Assembly (NCBI GenBank): GCA_016234265.1
Contig: JACRFW010000054.1
Coordinates: 1 to 49,236 of the forward strand
DNA length: 49,236 bases
Origin: Candidatus Magasanikiibacteriota bacterium
GTDB taxonomy: Bacteria; Patescibacteriota; Patescibacteriia; Magasanikbacterales; GWA2-37-8
Direction: 5' to 3'
The notes under the pieces were generated by a model. It did no database searches, had not been told where the DNA came from, and saw only the letters and a list, made by a program, of their open reading frames with translations. A program made the translations under genes and the position numbers. Positions 16,276 to 25,235 of this stretch are shown here, one piece after another (the stretch's first letter is position 1; each line of letters begins with the position of its first letter).

Positions 16276-19050
16276 CTATTCTACAGTGAGACACCCCTCC
16301 GCCCCGAGCACGATAACATCCCGACGGTTTATTTTTTTGCTTAAAAGCAATTCGGCCAGTTGATTCTCTACCCGCTCCTGCAAAGCGCGACGAAGCGGAC
16401 GCGCGCCAAACTCCGGGTCAAAACCAACGCGGGCGAAAAAGTCCAGCGCCGCGTCCTCTACCTTGAGCTCAATGCCTTTCGCGTCCAAATCTTTGGCCAC
16501 GCGCTTGAGCATTAACCCCGCTATTTTCTTGATGTCATCGGAATCAAGGGCGCGGAAGAGCACGATACCGTCAAAACGATTTAAAAATTCCGGACGAAAC
16601 TGCTCTTTGAGTTCACCGTGGAGCAGGCGGTCTTTGATAGCGTCTGAAGAGATGCCGGAGCGCAATTGTTCACTCACATAGCTGGTGCCGGCGTTGGAGG
16701 TGGCAATGAGAATAACATTGGTGAAATCAATGACCCGACCAGTAGAGTCGGTGAGGCGGCCATCATCCATAACTTGTAAAAAGAGATTCAAAATATCTTT
16801 ATCGGCTTTTTCTATTTCATCCAGCAAGAGAAGAGCAAAGGGGCGGCGGCGAATGGCTTCAGTCAGAATTCCGCTCCCCTTTTCGCCGGGCGCGCCAATG
16901 AGGCGATAAATACTCGCTTTATCCTGATATTCGCTCATATCCAGACGCACCATGCGGTCTTCGCCACCAAAATAGACCTCGGCAATGGTTTTCGCCAGTT
17001 CGGTTTTACCTACCCCCGTCGGCCCCAAAAATAAAAAGTTGGCTATGGGCTTGCTCGTAGAGCGGACTTCGGCGCGCGCGCGGCGCAAAGCATTCGCAAC
17101 CAATGTCACTGCTTCGTCCTGACCAATCACTCGCTGGTGCAGGGCTTCCTCAAGGTGCATCAGTTTGGCGCTTTCGTCGCTTGTGACGGCGGTGACCGGA
17201 ATTTTGGTTTTTTCGGCAATGACCTTGGCCACCTCTTCGGCAGTGACGAGGGCGTTCGCGCCTTTGGCGCGATGGGTCAGGCTCGCGGCTTCGGTAATTA
17301 TTTCCAACGCACTCCCGGGCAGAAGCACATCCCGAATAAAGCGCTTGGACAGAGCAACCGCTTTGGCAATGGCATCATAGGCAAAAAATACCTGCTGCTT
17401 ATATTCAATAATTCCTACTTTTGACTCCAGCACTTGAATCGCTTGGTTTTCATCCATCTCGGGAATATCCACTTTGGCGAAGAGTGTGCCCAATTTGGAG
17501 TTGGCCAAGCGCTCGGCATAAGCCTCTGGCGTAGTGGTGGCGATAACCATAGAGCGGCCACCCCCGACATATTCGGCCAGGGTGCTCGCGACGTCTAAGC
17601 TTTGGCCAGCGCCGCCGGTGGAAACACCAATGAGTTCGTGGATATTTTGAATATAGAGAATAATATTTTGGGCGCGCGCGATTTCATTCATAATGCCGAT
17701 GAGACGCTCTACGGCACCGGCGGGAGTGGTGCCGGCGAGGAGCGACGAAATACTTAAACGCACTAAACGTTTGTCTTGCCAGCGAGGCGGAACGTCATCC
17801 GCGACCATGCGCTCGGCAATGCCCTCAACCACACTCTTTTTGCCGGTACCAAAGTCGCCGACCAGCAACACGTTTTCTTGCCCGCCGTCAACAACTTGAA
17901 AAATATCTTCAATCTCCCGTTCGCGCGCGATGCAGGGCGCCGTGTGGCCAAACTGGGCCAAGAGCGTCAGATCGTCGCTCAATTGATTCAAAAATGGCGT
18001 AGCGACGGCTGTCATGGCCCGGTCCATGCCATGCGTGGAGCGATGATGCGCGGCCCGGCGGAAAGTTTGGTACTGGCGATAGAGCTTTTCCCGAATGCGC
18101 GCCCACTCCACCACGTTCAGGAGTTTTTGCTTATCAATGCCCAGATCATACAAAATCTCTTGCACTTCCGGAAGCTCTTTTACTGATGCCACCAACAGCT
18201 CGGTGACGCTGACATATTCTTGATGAGCGGCGTAGGCTTCTTCATAGGCCTGAAAGATCGTTTGATAGACAGCGTCAGTGGCCACCGGTGCGGTGTGCGT
18301 GCCGCCGGTCTTTGAATTGTCGGCGCTGAAAAGCGGGGCTAATTTTTGAGCGATACTCTCGGCAGAAAAACCCAGACGGACAAAGAGATTGCTGATGCGA
18401 TTGGACCCGAGGGTCGCGTAAAATAAATGGGCCGGAGTAAATTTGTTGAACCCGGCCTGATCGGCCAAGGTATACGCCTGACCAGTAATTTCCAGACTTT
18501 CGGCGGTGAAGGCATCGGCGATATTGTGACGCCGACGGCGAGGAATTTTTTTCACTTCCGCCCAATTCACCGGGCTCGCGGCCGCGCGCTCGCTGGCGCT
18601 GGTTTTTCTATAGGTGTGGTGTTCAACGAGCCCAACAAACTGCTTTTCCCGGATAGAGCGATATTTCAGATACACCCAGATGAACACTCCCAGCCAAACC
18701 AGTGTGAGCGCGGAGGCGGGAAGGCGGCCCAGGAAAACGAGCGGGTTGCTATTCAACGCCAGCTTGCCGGAGGCTATGGCCCGATAGATCACAAACCCAG
18801 CCCATACCCAAAAATTCAAACCAATAATGACGGCGGTGATAAAACGAACTTTGTTAAAAGTTCGCCGAGCGCAGCGCAGGCCCAAGTGATAGCGCTCCAG
18901 CGGATATTGCCAATAGAGCCAGCGACCACGGACGAGATGGCCAATGCCCAACCCTTGGCAGGCCGGGCAAGTACGCCAACCGGCGATGCCGGAAGCTCGA
19001 CAGGTAGAGCACGATAGAAGGGGCAGCGGGGGTAAAGATTCAAAAAGCAT
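16276..19050 (-). CDS. ClpA/B/C-family AAA+ ATPase with N-terminal zinc finger and TM segments
   Basis: NBD2 GPTGVGKT, RLDMSEY, LLDEIEKA, FRPEFLNR, GARPLRR; degenerate NBD1. Confidence 0.9.
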   Translation of the reverse strand: MLFESLPPLPLLSCSTCRASGIAGWRTCPACQGLGIGHLVRGRWLYWQYPLERYHLGLRCARRTFNKVRFITAVIIGLNFWVWAGFVIYRAIASGKLALNSNPLVFLGRLPASALTLVWLGVFIWVYLKYRSIREKQFVGLVEHHTYRKTSASERAAASPVNWAEVKKIPRRRRHNIADAFTAESLEITGQAYTLADQAGFNKFTPAHLFYATLGSNRISNLFVRLGFSAESIAQKLAPLFSADNSKTGGTHTAPVATDAVYQTIFQAYEEAYAAHQEYVSVTELLVASVKELPEVQEILYDLGIDKQKLLNVVEWARIREKLYRQYQTFRRAAHHRSTHGMDRAMTAVATPFLNQLSDDLTLLAQFGHTAPCIAREREIEDIFQVVDGGQENVLLVGDFGTGKKSVVEGIAERMVADDVPPRWQDKRLVRLSISSLLAGTTPAGAVERLIGIMNEIARAQNIILYIQNIHELIGVSTGGAGQSLDVASTLAEYVGGGRSMVIATTTPEAYAERLANSKLGTLFAKVDIPEMDENQAIQVLESKVGIIEYKQQVFFAYDAIAKAVALSKRFIRDVLLPGSALEIITEAASLTHRAKGANALVTAEEVAKVIAEKTKIPVTAVTSDESAKLMHLEEALHQRVIGQDEAVTLVANALRRARAEVRSTSKPIANFLFLGPTGVGKTELAKTIAEVYFGGEDRMVRLDMSEYQDKASIYRLIGAPGEKGSGILTEAIRRRPFALLLLDEIEKADKDILNLFLQVMDDGRLTDSTGRVIDFTNVILIATSNAGTSYVSEQLRSGISSDAIKDRLLHGELKEQFRPEFLNRFDGIVLFRALDSDDIKKIAGLMLKRVAKDLDAKGIELKVEDAALDFFARVGFDPEFGARPLRRALQERVENQLAELLLSKKINRRDVIVLGAEGCLTVE

Positions 19051-19053
19051 AAA

Positions 19054-19416
19054 CTAGACTCCGGGAGTAAGTGACCGCACCAGTCCGTAGAGCGCGATAA
19101 CTGGCAAAAAAATCCAGATAAGCCAGACTACAGCGCAAATTATTGTCCATAGAATAAGCGCCAAGGTTCTAGCCACTATTTGTACCCCGCGCATGAAAAA
19201 ACTGATAATTTTCCCCTGCCAATCGGTTTGACCAAACATGGGCACGAAAAGATTTTGGAGCCATAGCCCGGGAGCGAGCGTGCGGTTACCGGCTTTCAGC
19301 CAGACCAAACAACGGCTTCCGGCGTATTTCCACCCACCCGAATACCACCACACAGGAAAATAGACGAGATCCAAGAGAGCCTCGCCGAATAGTCGTTGAA
19401 GAATGATTAAATACAT
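19054..19416 (-). CDS. Hypothetical membrane protein coupled to the Clp ATPase
   Basis: YFPVWWYSGG, NLFVPMFGQTDWQG; stop 3 nt from the Clp start. Confidence 0.7.
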   Translation of the reverse strand: MYLIILQRLFGEALLDLVYFPVWWYSGGWKYAGSRCLVWLKAGNRTLAPGLWLQNLFVPMFGQTDWQGKIISFFMRGVQIVARTLALILWTIICAVVWLIWIFLPVIALYGLVRSLTPGV

Positions 19417-19512
19417 ATGGCAGTGTTAATTAGTATACCATACTCTACGGACAAATAAAAAAATGCTCGACTCTGACGAGGCGAGACGCGAATAGATGCT
19501 GATAAAAGGGCG

Positions 19513-19890
19513 CTACCGAGCCAAAGCAGTTTTCTCCAAAGAGCGCCGGCGCAGGTACTGAACATCAGAAGCCGCTACCATTGCCATATCGCCACCTAAG
19601 CCTTTCAACCGTTCTTTAATATTTGCCAAAGACTCCGCGGTTGCCAATTCACTGTTTAATTTCCGGGTTTCGTCATTCACCGTCGCGATCTGTTGCTCCA
19701 GCGTTTGAACAACATAGCCGCTGGTGCCGATCGTGTTAGTTTGGAACATATAACCAATGCCAACGACCGCGATCAAAACCGCGACTGCTCCTTTGGTTGA
19801 GCCCGTCCAGATCCAAGCAGGCATACTGACGGATGCAACGAATTGTCTCACGGAGCGATAACGATATTTGAGACGAAGTTTGATGGACAT
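19513..19890 (-). CDS. FtsL-like bitopic coiled-coil protein
   Basis: One TM helix plus coiled coil, directly after mraZ-rsmH. Confidence 0.6.
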   Translation of the reverse strand: MSIKLRLKYRYRSVRQFVASVSMPAWIWTGSTKGAVAVLIAVVGIGYMFQTNTIGTSGYVVQTLEQQIATVNDETRKLNSELATAESLANIKERLKGLGGDMAMVAASDVQYLRRRSLEKTALAR

Positions 19891-19935
19891 ACCGATTTAA
19901 AATGCTAAATGTTCAATGTTAAATGTCAAATAATT

Positions 19936-20862
19936 TTATAATTTTTCAATCACCCGTAATTTGGCGCTGCGGGCGGAGGGGTTAGCCTCCAGTTCTGCCG
20001 CCGAAGCTGTGATTGGTTTTTTAGTTATTATTTTTAAAGTTTTATTTTCTTCGGCTTGAAAAAAATGTTTCACAATTCTGTCTTCTAAAGAATGAAAGGT
20101 GATAACTGCTAATCGGCCGCCCGGAGCCAAGACGCTTATGGCCTGTGGCAGAGTTTCTTTCAGCACATCCAGTTCTTTATTCACGGCAATACGCAACGCC
20201 TGGAATACTTTCGTGGCCGGATGGATTCCCCCCACCCACGGGATCTCTTTGGTGGAGTGTAATTTTCCCCGATAGACCGTGAGAACCATTTCTACTAACT
20301 CGCTCGTCGTTTTGAGGGGCGCGACACCCCGCCGTAACACAATGCTCGCGGCGATTTCTTTAGCTAATTTTTCTTCACCGTAGTTTTTAAAAATTAAGTC
20401 CAGTTCTTTTTGACTGTAGGTATTGAGAATCTCCGCCGCAGTCGGTCCGTCCCCGCCGTAGCGCATATCCAGCGGTTCATCTTTCTCAAAGCTGAATCCT
20501 CTCCCCCGCTCGGCAAACTGCGAGCTGCTCCACCCCAGATCCATCAGGATGGCATCGATCGAAAAAAAATTTTCTCTACTAATAATTTCTTTCAGGTGAA
20601 CAAAGTTATCACGGACAAAGGTGACGCGCCTGCCTGCCGGTAGGCTAGGCTCGCCAAAGTCATACAAATACTGTTTAGCGCGCAATAGCGATTCCGGGTC
20701 GGCATCAACACCAAGCAATTTTCCATCCGGACTGGTCTTTTGAAGCATCGCTTCACTGTGTCCGGCATCGCCCAAGGTGCAGTCGGCAACATTCATCCCC
20801 GACTTTAATTGTAAAGAATCAATGACTTCGGTAAGTAGTACAGGTACGTGTCGCATAGTCAT
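19936..20862 (-). CDS. rsmH: 16S rRNA m4C1402 methyltransferase (with 7-aa palindrome insertion)
   Basis: HVPVL, DCTLGDAGHS, DLGWSS, RGFSF, FQALRIAVN, FHSLEDR, RSAKLR. Confidence 0.97.
   Translation of the reverse strand: MTMRHVPVLLTEVIDSLQLKSGMNVADCTLGDAGHSEAMLQKTSPDGKLLGVDADPESLLRAKQYLYDFGEPSLPAGRRVTFVRDNFVHLKEIISRENFFSIDAILMDLGWSSSQFAERGRGFSFEKDEPLDMRYGGDGPTAAEILNTYSQKELDLIFKNYGEEKLAKEIAASIVLRRGVAPLKTTSELVEMVLTVYRGKLHSTKEIPWVGGIHPATKVFQALRIAVNKELDVLKETLPQAISVLAPGGRLAVITFHSLEDRIVKHFFQAEENKTLKIITKKPITASAAELEANPSARSAKLRVIEKL
20629..20649. repeat. 21-bp palindromic mini-element inserted in frame in rsmH
   Basis: CCTGCCTGCCGGTAGGCTAGG encodes PSLPAGR on the minus strand. Confidence 0.65.
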
Positions 20863-21293
20863 TACACTCCCAGCTCGGCCATGCGCTCGGCGATGGATCC
20901 GCTTTGGGATTCGGTCTGATTCTTATACTCGCTCCACTTGGTCTCGTCCCAAATTTCCAGCCGGCTGTAGAGCCCCGCAATCACCACCTCTTTTTTGAGA
21001 CCGGCGAAGGCGCGCAGATACTCCGGGAGAACCATTCGGCCTTGTTTGTCCACTTCCACATCCATAGCGCCAGCCAGCATAAGGCGGGCAAAGGCTCGGC
21101 TGTTTGACTGGCTGAAAGGCAAAGCCGCTAATTTTTCGACGAGCTTGGCCCATTCGGTCTTGGTATATAAAAAGAGACAGTTATCTAAGCCCCGAGTGAC
21201 TACCGCACCTTTCGCCAAGTCGCGACGAAATTTTGTGGGTATGGCGAGGCGTCCCTTATCGTCTAGATTGTGACTATACTCGCCGATAAACAT
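20862..21293 (-). CDS. mraZ: Transcriptional regulator MraZ
   Basis: MFIGEYSHNLDDKGRLAIP, VDKQGR, RLEIW; start trimmed to 21293. Confidence 0.97.
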   Translation of the reverse strand: MFIGEYSHNLDDKGRLAIPTKFRRDLAKGAVVTRGLDNCLFLYTKTEWAKLVEKLAALPFSQSNSRAFARLMLAGAMDVEVDKQGRMVLPEYLRAFAGLKKEVVIAGLYSRLEIWDETKWSEYKNQTESQSGSIAERMAELGV

Positions 21294-21329
21294 ACGCCTG
21301 TGAGATAAGGAGTAAGACAAGCACGTTCA

Positions 21330-21380
21330 CCACTTTTCCCCACTTACAACCATTATATACCACTTCCATACACCGGTCAA
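21330..21380 (-). promoter_or_regulatory. mraZ promoter with four 10-bp-periodic GTGG-type MraZ boxes
   Basis: TTGACC (21380-75), 17 nt, TATAAT (21357-52); CCACT/CCATT at 21330, 21340, 21350, 21360. Confidence 0.85.
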
Positions 21381-21462
21381 CACTTTTACTCCCTAGTTAT
21401 CCACAACAAAAAACCACCTTTTGGGCGGATTATGCGTAAATACTATTAACCAATGTGCAGCC

Positions 21463-22806
21463 CTATATTTCCACCTTCATCCCCGGCTCAACCGGCGTGG
21501 ATTTTATCCCTAGCTCACCAAGTTTTTTGGCCAGCGCGACTTTCGCCGCCGGGTCGCCGTGATTTAAGAATACCCGCCGCGGCTTAGCGGTTCCAATCCA
21601 CCCGAGCAACTTATTCTGATCGCCATGGGCCGAGAGCGCGCCGATCATTTTCACCTGGCAGTGCACGGGCACATTTTCGCCAAGTATCCGGACCGGCGAC
21701 TGACCATCCATAATACGCCGACCAAGAGTCCCTTTTGATTGATACCCGATGAGCAACAAAGTATTGTGCGCGTCAGACAAATAGCGCAGAGCGTGGTGCA
21801 CGATACGCCCGCCGTTCATCATACCGGCGCCGGCAATAATAATTTTCGGCCCCGGCGTGTGGTTTATTTTCATGGACTCATCGCGCGTGTAGGTGGGGGT
21901 AAGCCCCGGGAAAGTAAACATGTCATCGCCTTCCTTAAAATAACGCGTAGCTTCTTCGTCATAATAACGCGAGTATTTCCGATAAACTTTGAGCGCGTCA
22001 ATCGCGAGCGGGCTGTCCAGAAAAATGGGAACGTGAGCGAGCTTATGTTTGCGTTCAATGAGATCGTTCAGATCATAGATAAGCTCTTGGGTGCGCTCCA
22101 GCGAGAATGATGGGATCATGACAACACCACCGCGACCAATCGCTTCGGATACGAGCCTCTCAATGAACTCCTGGCGCGTAGCGGACGATTCGTGCAGGCG
22201 GTCGCCATAGGTAGATTCACAGATGAGGGCATCAAGTTTCGCGGGCAAGGCTTCGGTGTCACGCAGAATCGGCACTTTGACGTTGCCGACATCGCCGGAG
22301 AAGACGACCCTTTTCCCTTCGGCCTCAAATTCAATGAAAGCGGAACCAAAGATATGCCCGGCGTCGCGGAAGGTGACGGTCATCCCCCCGACCGCGAGCG
22401 GCGTGTCATACTCTACGGCTTTGAAGGCTTCCATCACTCCGGCAATGTGCATCTCATCATAGATGATGGGCTTGCCCATTTTTTTGTGATCATAGGTCAT
22501 CACGCCGAGCGCGTCTTCCATAATCAGCTCGGCCAACTCCACCGTTGGGGGCGTGGCGTAAAAATGACCGGTGAACCCGCCTTTCATCAGGAGCGGCAAC
22601 CGGCCCACATGGTCAAGATGCGCGTGCGTCACAAAGACGGCGGTAAGCGTGGTCGGATCAAAAAGCAAAGGATCCAAATTTTTTTTCTCCAGCTCCTCGT
22701 CACCCTGAAACATGCCGCAATCAACGAGAAAACGCTGGCCCTCTGCTTCCAGCAGACTGCACGAGCCAGTCACCCCCCCAGCCGCGCCGTAAAAAGTAAT
22801 TTTCAT
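21463..22806 (-). CDS. MBL-fold beta-CASP ribonuclease
   Basis: THAHLDHVG, AGHIFGS, SGDVG, ESTYG, LSAHGD, NHG. Confidence 0.92.
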   Translation of the reverse strand: MKITFYGAAGGVTGSCSLLEAEGQRFLVDCGMFQGDEELEKKNLDPLLFDPTTLTAVFVTHAHLDHVGRLPLLMKGGFTGHFYATPPTVELAELIMEDALGVMTYDHKKMGKPIIYDEMHIAGVMEAFKAVEYDTPLAVGGMTVTFRDAGHIFGSAFIEFEAEGKRVVFSGDVGNVKVPILRDTEALPAKLDALICESTYGDRLHESSATRQEFIERLVSEAIGRGGVVMIPSFSLERTQELIYDLNDLIERKHKLAHVPIFLDSPLAIDALKVYRKYSRYYDEEATRYFKEGDDMFTFPGLTPTYTRDESMKINHTPGPKIIIAGAGMMNGGRIVHHALRYLSDAHNTLLLIGYQSKGTLGRRIMDGQSPVRILGENVPVHCQVKMIGALSAHGDQNKLLGWIGTAKPRRVFLNHGDPAAKVALAKKLGELGIKSTPVEPGMKVEI

Positions 22807-22911
22807 AAAACTCATTTAAACCAGAATAATCATATCATACCGCTGAACTCGTGTCACCCTGTTCAATAGCAAAAAAATCTGCTATACTACTGCCTAGAAG
22901 TTAACCTACGT

Positions 22912-23601
22912 ATGCCTAAAAATAAACTTGATACCGTTGAAATTGTTGAACCGCCGCTGGGGGAACTTACCAAAAAACGATCATCTTTCAAACGCACCTG
23001 CCTAACCGGCTGCGGTTGCTTATTATTGTTCCTCATCGGCGCGGTAGTGGCTTTCCGGATAGCGGTTGGCACCGGACCGACCACGCTCGGAGCGGTACCC
23101 AAAAATTTCCCGGAAAGCATTCCCATTTACGATAAAGATACCATTGACCGCATTACCTTCATCTCCGGACGCTATAAAAACCGCAGTATGGAGATCGCCG
23201 CCTTTTTCCCTAAAGTTATTTTGTCCTCTCTGCTCCTGACTGTGCAACACGATGAGCAGCCGAAATCCCCGTCAGGAAACACTGCCGCCATCCCCCTGAC
23301 GCGCCGATTTTGGTCAATACTCACGGCGCCGGTCGGCGACGCCCGCGACACCGTGCAGATTGAATGGAAAAATATGGATGCCGAGCCGGGTTTTGTGTCG
23401 TCGTATTATAAAAAAGAATTGTTGAAGAAAGGCTATACCATTGACGAGGAAAAAGAAAATAAAGGCACCCATACCTTTTCGTTCAGCCAAGGCACAACCA
23501 ACGGAGCGCTCTTGACTCAAGGGGAGGAAGAAAAGCGGCCCGGGACTGATTACGCCGTTTTGACGGTCAACTTCGGGAGCGCCGCGCCCTCTACCAAGTA
23601 A
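22912..23601 (+). CDS. Hypothetical membrane-anchored protein
   Basis: CLTGCGC followed by a TM helix; first gene of the murJ-lepA-recJ run. Confidence 0.7.
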   Translation: MPKNKLDTVEIVEPPLGELTKKRSSFKRTCLTGCGCLLLFLIGAVVAFRIAVGTGPTTLGAVPKNFPESIPIYDKDTIDRITFISGRYKNRSMEIAAFFPKVILSSLLLTVQHDEQPKSPSGNTAAIPLTRRFWSILTAPVGDARDTVQIEWKNMDAEPGFVSSYYKKELLKKGYTIDEEKENKGTHTFSFSQGTTNGALLTQGEEEKRPGTDYAVLTVNFGSAAPSTK

Positions 23602-23610
23602 CGTGGTAAC

Positions 23611-25230
23611 ATGCTCCGACGACTCCTCACTGCACAGACAAAAACCATCACCGGCGCGGCGGTGGTTATTGGCGCTTCCACATTCATAAGCCGGCTCATC
23701 GGCCTCGGCCGCGACCGTATTTTGGCGCACTATTTTGGCACCGGGCCGGTGATAGATGCCTATTATGCCGCTTTTAAAATCCCGGACCTCATTTATAATC
23801 TGCTGATTGTCGGGGCTCTGACGGTCGGGTTTATTCCGACGTTCACTAAACTTTTTTATCAGAGCGCAGATAAAACTCCGGCCTGGCGGCTCACCAATTC
23901 CATCGTGAATATCGTCAGCCTCGCCCTTTTGGTGGTGTGCGGCATCGGGGTAGCGATCACACCGTACTTGTCTCGGGTGATTGCTCCGGGGTTTTCCGAG
24001 GATGGCCAACGCCTGGTTGTTGTCTTCACCAGAATAATGCTCTTGTCCCCCATCTTGCTCGGCATATCCATGGTGATGGGCGGTATTCTCCAATCGCTCC
24101 GGCAATTTTTGGTTTATTCTATTGCGCCTATTTTTTATAATATCGGAATAATCATCGGCGCTTTGGTTTTCGTTCCCCTGTTCGGTGTGTCCGGGTTGGC
24201 CTGGGGCGTGGTGCTGGGCGCAGCCGCGCATATGACTCTACAGATATACAGCGCCGGGCACAGCGGCTACCGTTGGCGACCGCTCATGGATTTTAAAAAT
24301 CCGGAAGTGCGTCTGATTGGGAAACTCATGGTTCCACGAACGCTGGGGCTCGCCATGACACAGGTAAATAATGTGGTGGTCACTATGCTCGGGTCGTTTT
24401 TACCGGTTGGCTCGGTGGCGGTGTACAACTACGCCAACAATTTGCAGGCCGTGCCAACGGGCATTATTGCCATACCATTTGCCCTGGCTGTTTTTCCACT
24501 GCTGGCCGCGGCGGCGGCGGAACGGAGCTTTGAAAGATTTGTGGAATATCTGGGCAGCACCACCCGCCAGATATTTTTCCTCACCGTGCCGGCGGCTATT
24601 TTAATTCTCATGCTCCGTGCCCAAATTGTCCGTGTTGTTTTGGGCAGTGGAGAGTTTGACTGGACAGCGACTATCGCGACCGCGAACGCTCTGGCTTTCT
24701 TTGCGCTCGGACTTTTGGCTCAAGCGCTTATTCCTCTGTATGCCCGCGCTTTTTACGCGCTGTCAGATACCAAAACTCCTTTTGTGGCCGGGCTTATTTC
24801 CGAGCTGTTCAGTATTATTGCGGCGCTCGTCCTCATGAAACCGCTCGGGGTGGCTGGGTTGGCCCTCGCGAGTGCTATCGGGGCCACTATCAATATTATC
24901 TTGCTCGTGATACTGCTCCGCCAAAAGACCCGCGATCTGGAGCTTGGCCGCTGGCTTGTTTCCGCCTTCAAAATTAGTGTTGCCGGGGGCTTGATGGCCA
25001 TTATGATTCAAATTTTGAAATATCCACTTGATGCCATCCTTGATTTAAGTTATTTCTATGGGATCTTGCTTCAGGGCCTTATTTCCGGTAGTCTAGGGCT
25101 ACTCGTCTATGGCCTGCTCTGCCGCGTCTTGAAGCTGGAGGAAATGATCCATGTGCAGAGCAGTCTAAAAAAGCGCTGGCTACGAATCTGGCACGTGCCG
25201 GCGGGTATTGATGAAGCGGAGGGATTATAG
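23611..25230 (+). CDS. murJ: Lipid II flippase MurJ
   Basis: SRLIGLGRD, DAYYAAFKIPD, FIPTF, RAFYALSDTKTP. Confidence 0.95.
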   Translation: MLRRLLTAQTKTITGAAVVIGASTFISRLIGLGRDRILAHYFGTGPVIDAYYAAFKIPDLIYNLLIVGALTVGFIPTFTKLFYQSADKTPAWRLTNSIVNIVSLALLVVCGIGVAITPYLSRVIAPGFSEDGQRLVVVFTRIMLLSPILLGISMVMGGILQSLRQFLVYSIAPIFYNIGIIIGALVFVPLFGVSGLAWGVVLGAAAHMTLQIYSAGHSGYRWRPLMDFKNPEVRLIGKLMVPRTLGLAMTQVNNVVVTMLGSFLPVGSVAVYNYANNLQAVPTGIIAIPFALAVFPLLAAAAAERSFERFVEYLGSTTRQIFFLTVPAAILILMLRAQIVRVVLGSGEFDWTATIATANALAFFALGLLAQALIPLYARAFYALSDTKTPFVAGLISELFSIIAALVLMKPLGVAGLALASAIGATINIILLVILLRQKTRDLELGRWLVSAFKISVAGGLMAIMIQILKYPLDAILDLSYFYGILLQGLISGSLGLLVYGLLCRVLKLEEMIHVQSSLKKRWLRIWHVPAGIDEAEGL

Positions 25231-25235
25231 TTGTT

